This document shows, one piece after another, positions 45,855 to 54,872 of a DNA stretch of 64,000 nucleotides (the stretch's first letter is position 1; every line of letters starts with the position of its first letter). The DNA is from a virus: the IMG/VR virus record IMGVR_UViG_3300002460_000003, positions 1 to 64,000 of that record, one strand, 5' to 3'. Both the position numbers and the translations under genes were made by a program. The notes beneath the pieces are model-generated. The model was not told the DNA's origin and ran no database searches. It worked only from the letters and a program-made list of their open reading frames with translations.

Positions 45855-46709
45855 ATGGCTTTTAATTCAAAACCATCTGGCATGAATATCGTTTGGGCAT
45901 CTGCCGGTGATATCCTTGATCCGGGTGATACAAAATATCAAACTGGTTGGGGGGTTGAAATTCCACCACGCCAATGGGAAAACTACTCCCAGAATAAACA
46001 AGATGGCTTCATGGCTCATGCCAACCAACTCGGTATGGTAGATTGGGATGCTGAGACTGAATATCAAGCAAATAAAAGCTATGTACAAGGCACAACTAAT
46101 GGTACTGTCTACCGTTGTATTCTTACTCATACCAACCAAGACCCAGAGCTGGATGTAACTAATACTTATTGGATTATTGCATTCGCTTCGGCTGGTGATT
46201 TCTACACTAAGACTGAGACAGATAGTCTTTATTTAGCTAAAGCTCAGAATCTTGCAGACCTTACAAACACAGCGACTGCTCGGACTAATCTAAGTGTATA
46301 CTCTCAAGCACAGACTTATACCCAAGCAGAAGTTGATGCTAAAACAACTGTAGCATCAACAGCACAAGCACAATCATTTGTATCAAATACCACGTTAATT
46401 ACACCACTAAGACTAAAAGAAGCTTTTCAAGGGTTAAATCAGAGTATTTCTACTAACGGCTTCCAAAAACTTCCGAATGGATTGATAATTCAATGGGGTG
46501 CCCATGTTACAGGAACAGCCCTCACAGAACAAACTGTAAGTTTTCCTTTAACCTTCCCAACATCAGTATTTTCTGTTGTATTTACAGGAGCATCCTCTGC
46601 TGCATCCTCTGCTGCTGTTTGGAGAACTGCTGTACCAACAACTTCCGGTTTTAAATATTCAGCGGAGGTTGGGGGGAACACTGTTTTATATATGACCATA
46701 GGAATTTAA
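45855..46709 (+). CDS. tail fibre protein
   Basis: WA..GD..P..KY..GW..EIPP.Q.EN anchor; C-term NGFQKLPNGLIIQWG..FP..FP. Confidence 0.85.
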   Translation: MAFNSKPSGMNIVWASAGDILDPGDTKYQTGWGVEIPPRQWENYSQNKQDGFMAHANQLGMVDWDAETEYQANKSYVQGTTNGTVYRCILTHTNQDPELDVTNTYWIIAFASAGDFYTKTETDSLYLAKAQNLADLTNTATARTNLSVYSQAQTYTQAEVDAKTTVASTAQAQSFVSNTTLITPLRLKEAFQGLNQSISTNGFQKLPNGLIIQWGAHVTGTALTEQTVSFPLTFPTSVFSVVFTGASSAASSAAVWRTAVPTTSGFKYSAEVGGNTVLYMTIGI

Positions 46710-46710
46710 T

Positions 46711-47097
46711 ATGCAATATTTTTTCAGTCAAAGTACAAACGGTTTTTACATCAAACCGTTTAATGAACAAATTCCGAAGGACGCCATTGAATTGTCTAAA
46801 CTAGAGTATGAGGATGTCCTAGTAAAGCAAGGCAAAGGTTATAAACTATCTACAAAAAATGGTAGCTTAGTCACAGAACAATATGACCAATCTGAGAATT
46901 ACCAAGCCTTAGAGCGTAAATGGAGGAATTCGGAGCTTACCTATTGCGATATAGAGATATATAAACTACAAGATTCTGATTCTACTGCTAGAAGTTCTAT
47001 AACAGAGTGGAGAACATATAGAAAACTACTAAGGCGGTGGCCTGAACACCCCAACTTTCCGGACACCAATTTCCGGCCAACACCACCAGACGCGTAA
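46711..47097 (+). CDS. tail fibre assembly chaperone
   Basis: YFFS.ST.GFY..IP.DA; ER.WR..EL..YR..LR.WP..FP..RP..P. Confidence 0.85.
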   Translation: MQYFFSQSTNGFYIKPFNEQIPKDAIELSKLEYEDVLVKQGKGYKLSTKNGSLVTEQYDQSENYQALERKWRNSELTYCDIEIYKLQDSDSTARSSITEWRTYRKLLRRWPEHPNFPDTNFRPTPPDA

Positions 47098-47107
47098 GGA
47101 GTTTTAA

Positions 47108-49522
47108 ATGTCACAACAACAATCCCCTTGGGTTGAGGGGGCATATGGTTGGAGTTTTGGAGAATCTGGCTGGAACCCTGGTATGGATCAGAACTTACTT
47201 AAGTTCTCTTTTCTTTTTGATCGTAATGTGGATAGTATTGTTGCATCCCTCCCTCCTGCTGTAAATGGGCAAGCACATTACAACACAGTAGATAACCGCC
47301 TATATTTTGCAGTAGGTACTACTTATTATAGTTGCCCTGTCCCTAAATGGTTTTCAGTTATTGTTAAGCCTAGTGGAGATGTCTGGCAATTTAATGGGGT
47401 AAATCTTGTACAAATAGATAGCCCATCAGACTTAGATATTAGATTAGATTCACTAGAATTAACAGCTTCCCAGCTTGGTACAGCAGCTTTTGAAGATGTT
47501 GCCTTTTTTGCTTCACAATCAGCACTAGATGTTGTAGAAGCTAACAGCCAAGCATATACTGATGTCTTGCGGACAGATTTAGCTGATAGTGTTGACCAGA
47601 CAAAAGGTGCATCTCTCGTAGGTTTTGATCCTGCATTGATATACCCAACAACTACTGTTGGGGGGTACTTGAATTACACTCCAAGTTTAAATCCAATCAT
47701 TGTATATGATTGGGATGATTCTACTGGAACAGATAATTCTACAGCATTACAGGCATATGTTGATTCTACATATGTATCCCCAACAGTAGTTGGGCGTGGC
47801 CGCATTGATCTGCTTAACGGCAGGGCTGCTGCTATCAGCTCAACTATCCAGATCCTTCAAAAAACCCTTGATCTGTCCGGCAGTGAAGGACTGCTTAAAT
47901 GGACTGGGACAGCAGGTCTGCCGATGGTCCGGGTGGTCGATTCTTCACGATGCCGTATCTCCGACATGATCCTGCTTGGAGATATCACTAACACCCCAAG
48001 CGCTGCGATCTATTTCGAAGCAGAGGCCCCACTTGCAACTTTAGGAACAAACGAAAACCACGTCGTCGAGCGGGTCATAATCGGCCGCAGATGGCTGACG
48101 GATACCACCACGGGTGGCAGCACGGACGCCACGCCAGCAGGAAAAATCACGAATGGCATCGTGATCGGAGGTGCGATTGACGGAAACAATGACGAGTACA
48201 CAATTCGCAATTGTCAAATCCATTCCGCAGTTGATGCGGGTATAGACTTCAAAAACTCTCAGTCAATCTGGTCAATGATTGATGGCGTTCTGACGAACGA
48301 CTGCAATGTGGGAGTCCGTGTAGGCTGTAACATGAACGCCACGCACCTTACCTTCAACCGGAACAAAGTTGCCGATCTAGAAGGGATCAGAAATACAGAA
48401 ATGTGGATCAATGGTTTTGAATCTGAGAATGCAAAACTAGCAATATGGTCAAAGGGTGGGGCCAGCTTCTTTGTGCGCGGCGGCAAAATACTTATTAATC
48501 AGGCGACTCCCGGTAATTTCACTAGGACGGAAAACGGCGGAGTACTTTCGCTAAATGACATGCTGATAGTAAGCAGCGGGGCTGGGGCGCAAACATTTTA
48601 TTTCCGTGCTGCATCCGTCAAGACTGGGGCGTTTCGGCTGCGCGGGTGTACTATCACTAATGGTAGCCAGCGCGATACATACGATATCGATACTGGAATC
48701 ATAAGCTCGCAACAACATGAAATTGATATCGAGCACGGGGAGTTCATCTTTAAGACCCGCGCACCATATCTTGACCGGGCTGTTACCCCCGCGTCTGCCG
48801 CTGACGGTAGTTCTGCGTTGATTGGGTCGGGATCTGCAAAAACACCGCTAACAAGTTTTTTCCAAGTCGCATATCAGACGGCTATCGGAAACCAGCACTT
48901 GACGGTGGCAACCGATGCTGCGACCCAGGTTCGTGCTAGGGTTTCGAATGTAAGTGGCGGGGCGTTACAGCTGGCTCCTGGGCGCATTCGCTGGATGGCA
49001 ATGGATGACCATGTACAGTCTATCGGCAGCTTGGCAATTGATGTCCCCTTGCTGGCTGCTGGAGCCGGTCAAACGGTAAACATACCGGTTGCAGGTGCAC
49101 AAATTGGTGATTTCACACTTCACACAACAGATGTGTCGTATACAGGCCCCACTATTACCAGCTACGTGTCAGCGCCCGGGGTTGTATCCCTGCGGGTACA
49201 AAACCAATCTGGCGGACCTAGTGATCCGGCATCAGCAGTATTAAGCGCTGCGGTTATCAGGCCATCTGGTAACTTTATGGGCGGATTGATAGACCCCGGT
49301 ATTGTAGAAATGGCCGCAGGCTCTACTACGACACGATCCGTTACAGTAACGGGCGCACAACTCGGAGCGCATGCTCTAGTCGCATACACCGCAGATATTT
49401 TAGGGGTGACGATGACTGCTCATGTATCCGCAGCAAATACTGTAACGGTTGTTATTTCAAATCTAACGGCAGCGCCAGTGAATTTTCCGGCAGGTGGATT
49501 TAAAGTCATGGTTATGTTTTGA
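47108..49522 (+). CDS. tail fibre/tailspike receptor-binding protein (probable beta-helix)
   Basis: N-terminal YGW..GESGW..MD.NL anchor, GASLVG, GTDNSTALQA then beta-helix-like region. Confidence 0.8.
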   Translation: MSQQQSPWVEGAYGWSFGESGWNPGMDQNLLKFSFLFDRNVDSIVASLPPAVNGQAHYNTVDNRLYFAVGTTYYSCPVPKWFSVIVKPSGDVWQFNGVNLVQIDSPSDLDIRLDSLELTASQLGTAAFEDVAFFASQSALDVVEANSQAYTDVLRTDLADSVDQTKGASLVGFDPALIYPTTTVGGYLNYTPSLNPIIVYDWDDSTGTDNSTALQAYVDSTYVSPTVVGRGRIDLLNGRAAAISSTIQILQKTLDLSGSEGLLKWTGTAGLPMVRVVDSSRCRISDMILLGDITNTPSAAIYFEAEAPLATLGTNENHVVERVIIGRRWLTDTTTGGSTDATPAGKITNGIVIGGAIDGNNDEYTIRNCQIHSAVDAGIDFKNSQSIWSMIDGVLTNDCNVGVRVGCNMNATHLTFNRNKVADLEGIRNTEMWINGFESENAKLAIWSKGGASFFVRGGKILINQATPGNFTRTENGGVLSLNDMLIVSSGAGAQTFYFRAASVKTGAFRLRGCTITNGSQRDTYDIDTGIISSQQHEIDIEHGEFIFKTRAPYLDRAVTPASAADGSSALIGSGSAKTPLTSFFQVAYQTAIGNQHLTVATDAATQVRARVSNVSGGALQLAPGRIRWMAMDDHVQSIGSLAIDVPLLAAGAGQTVNIPVAGAQIGDFTLHTTDVSYTGPTITSYVSAPGVVSLRVQNQSGGPSDPASAVLSAAVIRPSGNFMGGLIDPGIVEMAAGSTTTRSVTVTGAQLGAHALVAYTADILGVTMTAHVSAANTVTVVISNLTAAPVNFPAGGFKVMVMF

Positions 49523-49532
49523 GAATAAATAG

Positions 49533-50105
49533 ATGAGTCCAACCTTAAAACAAAAACTCATTGTTTCATTTATTGCTCTGGGGCTTAGTGCCCCAGCAGC
49601 ATTCTTTGTTTACGATGTCACAATCCCCTCTGAAGGATTATACACTAGCGTGTATTTAGACCCAGTTCAACTCCCCACTGTTTGTGTTGGGAGGCTGGAT
49701 AGGAAGTTGAAGCTTGGGCAAACATTTACTCTTGATGAATGTATGGAAATGTTAGCTCAAGATTGGAAAAAACACCAAGCTCAATTAGATAGGGTTGTCA
49801 AAGTACCTTACAAATCAGAGTGGCAACAACAAGCTCTTACTGATTTCACATTCAACCTTGGGATTGGTAATGTCCAGTCTTCAACACTTCTCAAGCTGCT
49901 GAATCAAGGGAAGCATGTTGAGGCCTGTAAACAACTTACACGTTGGATTAAAGCAGGTGGTAAAACATTAGCTGGTCTTGTCAAACGTAGAAATAAAGAG
50001 ATGCCATTTTGCATGGGCGAGTTGAGTTGGGATAAACAGCAATCCTACAAAGAGTTTAAGAGAGAGTACGATGAAATTAATACCAAACAAAAAGAAGGTT
50101 CTTAA
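49533..50105 (+). CDS. endolysin, GH24 lysozyme with N-terminal SAR-like anchor
   Basis: EG..YLD..PTVC.G catalytic triad pattern, FNLG.G..SSTLL..LN, GLVKRR; hydrophobic N-terminus. Confidence 0.9.
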   Translation: MSPTLKQKLIVSFIALGLSAPAAFFVYDVTIPSEGLYTSVYLDPVQLPTVCVGRLDRKLKLGQTFTLDECMEMLAQDWKKHQAQLDRVVKVPYKSEWQQQALTDFTFNLGIGNVQSSTLLKLLNQGKHVEACKQLTRWIKAGGKTLAGLVKRRNKEMPFCMGELSWDKQQSYKEFKREYDEINTKQKEGS

Positions 50106-50313
50106 GTCTTATTCTTTCTTGAGTATGGCTGCTAATTTCCTAATTGCTTTATCCATCTCAGGTCTGTCTGTATTGGGAGTGTTATCAAGTGAGATTGCCC
50201 TTCCTCTCCTTTGTTGTCTTGCTATTGCCTTTGGTATGGCTGGGCTTGCTGGTCGTTTTGTGGATCAGAATATTGATGATGGCTTACTCGGGGATGAAAA
50301 AGATGTTCAGTAG
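50071..50313 (+). CDS. putative holin
   Basis: 80 aa, two TM segments, basic N-terminus, in lysis cassette. Confidence 0.55.
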   Translation: MKLIPNKKKVLKSYSFLSMAANFLIALSISGLSVLGVLSSEIALPLLCCLAIAFGMAGLAGRFVDQNIDDGLLGDEKDVQ

Positions 50314-50731
50314 TCTGACAGTCAAACCCCTCATCATAACTCTCTTAGCTTCCATAGCCTTAAATGGACTTATGTTGATGGTTTCTAAGCATTATTATGA
50401 CGCTAGGGCCGAAGCAGTATATAGCCTCAAAGAAGCAGAGAAAACGATTCTAGAGCAGCTAAAGGCTAAGGAATTAGCCGATAAAGCTTGTGTTATAGCT
50501 GACAGTGTAGCCACATCTTTTCAGATTGAGAATAATCAGTCTGTAGAAGAAAGGGATAAGGAATTATCCTCCATACAAAGTATCCCAAGCACTCCTAAGA
50601 AAGTTGAGGTAACAGTTGATGATGTTAAAAGCAATGTTGCTGACGTTGATGATAGGCTGCCTAGTAGCATTATCAGCGTGCTCTCCTCAACAGATAATCG
50701 TGTACAGAGACAAACCAATCCTAACCCCTGA
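50303..50731 (+). CDS. i-spanin (Rz-like)
   Basis: N-terminal TM then periplasmic coiled coil; start 50303 or 50294. Confidence 0.7.
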   Translation: MFSSLTVKPLIITLLASIALNGLMLMVSKHYYDARAEAVYSLKEAEKTILEQLKAKELADKACVIADSVATSFQIENNQSVEERDKELSSIQSIPSTPKKVEVTVDDVKSNVADVDDRLPSSIISVLSSTDNRVQRQTNPNP

Positions 50732-50912
50732 CAGCTTGCTTGTAGACCCTTGTGGACTAGCTACAGCAGGTGACACTGTTCGGAGTTTAGCTAGTGGATA
50801 CATCTACAACACAAGCTGCCTTTCCCAATATAAACTTCTCCTTGAAAAACAGAGGGAGCATAAAAGAAAAGTAGTGGAGCTTTATAAGAATGACAACACA
50901 GACAGCAAATAG
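50616..50912 (+). CDS. o-spanin lipoprotein (Rz1-like)
   Basis: signal peptide with lipobox LSAC; overlaps i-spanin 3' end. Confidence 0.75.
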   Translation: MMMLKAMLLTLMIGCLVALSACSPQQIIVYRDKPILTPDSLLVDPCGLATAGDTVRSLASGYIYNTSCLSQYKLLLEKQREHKRKVVELYKNDNTDSK

Positions 50913-51177
50913 TCGGTTAAATACCTACTGGGAAAAGTTTGGGTTATGGGCTTGTGGAGTTATTATTGCTCTTCTATGCCTTGCCTATAATGACCAGAAG
51001 GCTCAGATTGAAAAGATGGAAGAGAAAGTTCAATTCCTCTACATCGACAAGGTGAACAAGTCTGATCTTAAAGACACTGAAGCTAGGATTATGAATCGGA
51101 TTGAAGGGATGCAAACAGATATCCTGGCTCGTATGGATATTCTCTTTAATAAGATTGATAGCTCACCAAGACGATAA
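50890..51177 (+). CDS. membrane protein with coiled coil (holin/antiholin candidate)
   Basis: one TM, follows spanins. Confidence 0.6.
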   Translation: MTTQTANSRLNTYWEKFGLWACGVIIALLCLAYNDQKAQIEKMEEKVQFLYIDKVNKSDLKDTEARIMNRIEGMQTDILARMDILFNKIDSSPRR

Positions 51178-51227
51178 AATTAATAAAGGCCGGCGATGGC
51201 TACAGTTTTTAGCACAAGGAATGCAGT

Positions 51228-51593
51228 ATGCTAAGAAATATCGTAGACCTTACATTTCTGTTACTGGCTGTTCTATTGATTACAATCTTATTGAGAGATA
51301 TGAAAGTTTCAGACAATAATAATAACACTCAGTTGAACATAGAAGCTCTACGTCTTGAAGTAACCAAAGTCATGTCTACTAATATTCAATATATGGAAGG
51401 TAGAATTAATAAGCTTGGTGAAACACAAGACACATACCAAGTTAGTACAACTCATAAGGTTAACCTTCTAGAACAGAAAGTTGAGAAGTTAGAAAAAGAT
51501 AATAAAAACACTAATAGAATTATAAACACTATCACCAATAACAATACTAATATTGTGAACAGTGAAGATAGAAAATCTAATAACAATAAATAA
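51228..51593 (+). CDS. membrane-anchored coiled-coil protein, Asn-rich tail
   Basis: AAGGA SD, N-terminal TM. Confidence 0.6.
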   Translation: MLRNIVDLTFLLLAVLLITILLRDMKVSDNNNNTQLNIEALRLEVTKVMSTNIQYMEGRINKLGETQDTYQVSTTHKVNLLEQKVEKLEKDNKNTNRIINTITNNNTNIVNSEDRKSNNNK

Positions 51594-51627
51594 TAAAAGG
51601 TGCGCCAACACCTAGCCTCAGAATATT

Positions 51628-51657
51628 GCCCCCTTCCTCACGGTTGGGGGCTTTTTG
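51628..51657. terminator. terminator between convergent modules
   Basis: GCCCCC..GGGGGC-TTTTT. Confidence 0.75.
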
Positions 51658-51912
51658 TTATTTGAAACTAATATAATCTGCCGGAGCTTGAAAGTACGTT
51701 AATATTTCATTATCTGAAACTAGTGGGTCAAATTTAACCTCCATCTCACGAAGAAATTCCATCACTTTCCACTCAACAGTCCCATGAACTACATCACTAC
51801 TGACATTATTAAATACTACTGAAATTACATCTCCCAACATATCTACTTCCTCCTGAGACTCAAGAGTAATAACAACTGGTTGGAATTCCTGTTTCTTTGT
51901 TTCAATTTTCAT
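51658..51912 (-). CDS. hypothetical protein
   Basis: F.PV.ITLESQEEV motif; AAGGAG SD. Confidence 0.7.
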   Translation of the reverse strand: MKIETKKQEFQPVVITLESQEEVDMLGDVISVVFNNVSSDVVHGTVEWKVMEFLREMEVKFDPLVSDNEILTYFQAPADYISFK

Positions 51913-51922
51913 TTTATTCTCC

Positions 51923-52864
51923 TTAATTATCCAAATGTTTTAGAAACTCTACACGTACTGTCTTACCAACTTCATTGGACAAGAGCTTATTGAATTGCTT
52001 CCAATTATCTTCTGCTTCCACTTTAGGTTCACGTTCAGTTTCCTTTGTAAAGTCTTCCAAGATATCTTGTACAGTAAGACCAAGAATCTTACCGAAGTCT
52101 TTGTTAGTCACTTGACCAAACTTACTGACTACATTGCACACTCGTTGTTCTGTATTATACTCAAGGATACTGTTCAACAAGTCTGACAAGTCCTCAGACA
52201 ATTCAAACACTTCATTCTTTGGTTTAGACTTCTTCTCACTAAAGCTTTCAGTCTTATTCTTGAAGTAAATACGATTACCGTTATCAAGCCAAGCTGGTTC
52301 TACAGGTTCAATTACCAATCCCTCAGACGTGTTATCTTCTTCATAACCTTCTGGTGTTAGCAGAGACTTAAACGTGTTTGGTAGAGCTAGACCCTCAGCG
52401 AAAGTGCCAGATGAGATGAACGGGACATTAGGAATTCCGATACCTTCACACATAGACCTCTGTTTAAGTTTGTTCTGTACCAAACCATTAAGTCTCATAT
52501 CAAAGGCACGGAAGTCTTTTTCACCATACTCAACTTCTTTTTGGATGTTGCCGCCAAACAATTCACCATAAATAACTAGGGTCAGGTCTGTCCAATCTTC
52601 TGTTTTCGACAGTACTTCCCATAAAGACATAACCTTATCTTGATACTTATTAATTACAGCCTGACAGTTGAAGAACGTACCGTCAACAAACTGAGTACGA
52701 CTAGCAACCTTCACTTCCGTACCATCACACCAAAAGCTAAAGTTAGCTCCGTGTAGTTTCTCAGTGGCAATCCACAGGCCGCCATCTTTCCCTTCATACT
52801 GAACCTTGTCAATCAGATTCTGACGATAAGTGTTTTCCAAGCTACTGAACTTCTGGAATTCCAT
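51923..52864 (-). CDS. rnl2: RNA ligase 2 (Rnl2 family), start 52864
   Basis: FSSLEN, motif I EKLHGANFS, YGELFG..IQK.V.YG, FDM, EGLVI, K.K. Confidence 0.92.
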   Translation of the reverse strand: MEFQKFSSLENTYRQNLIDKVQYEGKDGGLWIATEKLHGANFSFWCDGTEVKVASRTQFVDGTFFNCQAVINKYQDKVMSLWEVLSKTEDWTDLTLVIYGELFGGNIQKEVEYGEKDFRAFDMRLNGLVQNKLKQRSMCEGIGIPNVPFISSGTFAEGLALPNTFKSLLTPEGYEEDNTSEGLVIEPVEPAWLDNGNRIYFKNKTESFSEKKSKPKNEVFELSEDLSDLLNSILEYNTEQRVCNVVSKFGQVTNKDFGKILGLTVQDILEDFTKETEREPKVEAEDNWKQFNKLLSNEVGKTVRVEFLKHLDN

Positions 52865-52875
52865 TCTCTTTCTCC

Positions 52876-53109
52876 TCAATGAATTGTCTGTTGTGTAAAT
52901 TCTGGTAAATCTTCTTTCCCATCAGCATCCATAAACTGTAATTCACATACGTGATAGCTGATATAGGAATACATATTTGTGTGGTTAAGGTATTTCAGTT
53001 TAGCTTCCATTGCCTCCTTAGTGATGTAGTAACCACAATGGAATGTTCGTACATCATCAGGGTCTTCTTCGTATAGCTCATAGATGTGGTAGATTGTTGG
53101 GATAATCAT
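52876..53109 (-). CDS. hypothetical protein
   Basis: ORF in operon. Confidence 0.65.
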   Translation of the reverse strand: MIIPTIYHIYELYEEDPDDVRTFHCGYYITKEAMEAKLKYLNHTNMYSYISYHVCELQFMDADGKEDLPEFTQQTIH

Positions 53110-53468
53110 TTATTATCCTCCGATAAAGCTCCAAAGTCAATTATTGTATCCCAGTGTTTACCCCTCCGAATTTCGGATGCTCTATTATAATAATCACTTG
53201 CTAGCTTACTGAATTCAGATGAACAGAGTACAAGACGACTAACTTCACGTTCAATGTAGTCTGGTAGCTTAACATACGGATACCTGCCTTCTAAATAGTC
53301 TTTGTATTTATCTTGTGTATCCGAATATTTATAGTTACCGCCATATCCAATAGCCAACTCGTACTGTTCAAAATATTCCTCTTGTCTGAACAACTCCTCG
53401 AACTCTTCTTTTGTCTTCATAATATTTATCCTCCAGTAAATAAAAACTCCACGACCCGTTAAGATCAT
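53106..53468 (-). CDS. hypothetical protein (start probably 53420)
   Basis: GGAGG SD before MKTKEE. Confidence 0.65.
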   Translation of the reverse strand: MILTGRGVFIYWRINIMKTKEEFEELFRQEEYFEQYELAIGYGGNYKYSDTQDKYKDYLEGRYPYVKLPDYIEREVSRLVLCSSEFSKLASDYYNRASEIRRGKHWDTIIDFGALSEDNK

Positions 53469-53474
53469 GGAGTT
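53437..53474 (-). terminator. terminator after glutaredoxin
   Basis: AACTCCATGATC-TTAAC-GGGTCGTGGAGTT-TTTATTTA. Confidence 0.7.
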
Positions 53475-53489
53475 AATGTTAAGCTAGAT

Positions 53490-53729
53490 TTAGGTGGCTG
53501 TCAAGCTTTCTTTAAGCTCTTTGAATCCACCTACGTACTGCTCTAGTTTAAAGATTTGAGGGACTGCCCTCGGCGCTGGTAAGTCTAGCTTTTCAAACAA
53601 TAAAAAGAAATCCTCACGAGACACATCCTCACCCACCTTCTTGTATTCAAACAGCAACCCCCTAGATTCTAGCAGAGCAGTTGCTTGAACGCAATATGTA
53701 CAATTTTCTTTCCCGTATACAACAAACAT
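53490..53729 (-). CDS. glutaredoxin
   Basis: CTYC, VPQIF, YVGGF; next to nrdAB. Confidence 0.92.
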   Translation of the reverse strand: MFVVYGKENCTYCVQATALLESRGLLFEYKKVGEDVSREDFFLLFEKLDLPAPRAVPQIFKLEQYVGGFKELKESLTAT

Positions 53730-53751
53730 TATTTTACCCTCAGATTTATAT

Positions 53752-54828
53752 TTAAAAGCCTAAGTCATCAAAGTCGATGTTATCAGTATCATCTTTCACA
53801 GACCCAACTTTGTAGGAGGTTAACTGAATCTCTTGTGGTGCAACCTGCATCTTTGAGCTGTCAATATACTTATCCATGTAAGAGCATGGATTCTTTTCAA
53901 TCACTTGGAAATCAAATGGGATACCCAACGCATCATACAGGGGCTTAGCCATATAGAGTGTGTACTCTTGAAGTAATTCAGCAGTAAGGCCAATCACCTG
54001 CCTACCCTCACTGAAGAGATACTTTGCATTCTTTACTTCTTGTGCAGTGATTGCATCCAATACACCCTTAATCTCATCTTTAAGTTCAGAGAAAGTCTTC
54101 AACCACTCTTTGTCTTGTTTAAGGATGTTTAAGATTGCGTAGTCCATACGAGTATGCAAGACTTCATCACGAGCAATCAGGGTTACTAAAGAGCCAATGC
54201 CTTGAAAGATACCAGTCTCAGCAATAGCAAAAGTAACGGCGAAACTACTCATGAATGCAATTGCCTCAAGGGCAAACAGTGCAGTAAATGCAAGAGCAAT
54301 AGCCTTACGTTTCTCTTCCAAGGTAGCCGTGGTTGGTAGTGATTCAAGTTGATCAAATGCTCTAACAATGGCTTCGCTACGAGAGACAATATCTACGTTA
54401 TTATAAGTATCACGTAGCACTTGGTTTGGGTTCAGAACAGTCTGTTTGACAATATGACTGTATGTCCGAGCATGGATTGTCTCAAAGAAACTCCATGCGT
54501 TAATCATACCCTCTAGTTCAGAGTTAGTCACATAACGCATCAACAGACCAGCAATAGACTTAGATGCCACAGAATCTGCAAGAAACTGCCACGAGATAGT
54601 TTTCACCATTAGGTCAACAACATCTTTTGGTGCATTGATCATGTCTTGTTTATCTTGGCTAAGAGATACCTCATTCTCATTCCAGATTTGACTTACCTGT
54701 TTTTGGTACAGATCTTCAAGTTCTGGATAAGCCACATTGATTGTATCAAACAGTCCTAAGTCTTCTCCAAGAAACAGCGGGTATTTGTTTGTTTCAAATC
54801 CTTTATTATTTACATTAAATACAGACAC
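53752..54828 (-). CDS. nrdB: ribonucleotide reductase class Ia beta subunit
   Basis: ADS, ETIHARTY, LEAIAF..SF, RDEVLH, APQE C-terminus. Confidence 0.95.
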   Translation of the reverse strand: MSVFNVNNKGFETNKYPLFLGEDLGLFDTINVAYPELEDLYQKQVSQIWNENEVSLSQDKQDMINAPKDVVDLMVKTISWQFLADSVASKSIAGLLMRYVTNSELEGMINAWSFFETIHARTYSHIVKQTVLNPNQVLRDTYNNVDIVSRSEAIVRAFDQLESLPTTATLEEKRKAIALAFTALFALEAIAFMSSFAVTFAIAETGIFQGIGSLVTLIARDEVLHTRMDYAILNILKQDKEWLKTFSELKDEIKGVLDAITAQEVKNAKYLFSEGRQVIGLTAELLQEYTLYMAKPLYDALGIPFDFQVIEKNPCSYMDKYIDSSKMQVAPQEIQLTSYKVGSVKDDTDNIDFDDLGF

Positions 54829-54872
54829 ATTTATCTCCTAAAGAGGGCTACGTGTGTAGCCCTTGTAGTATA

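Noticed and set aside
27218-50718. Minus-strand ORFs within structural genes
   Set aside because: Antisense shadows of biased codon usage
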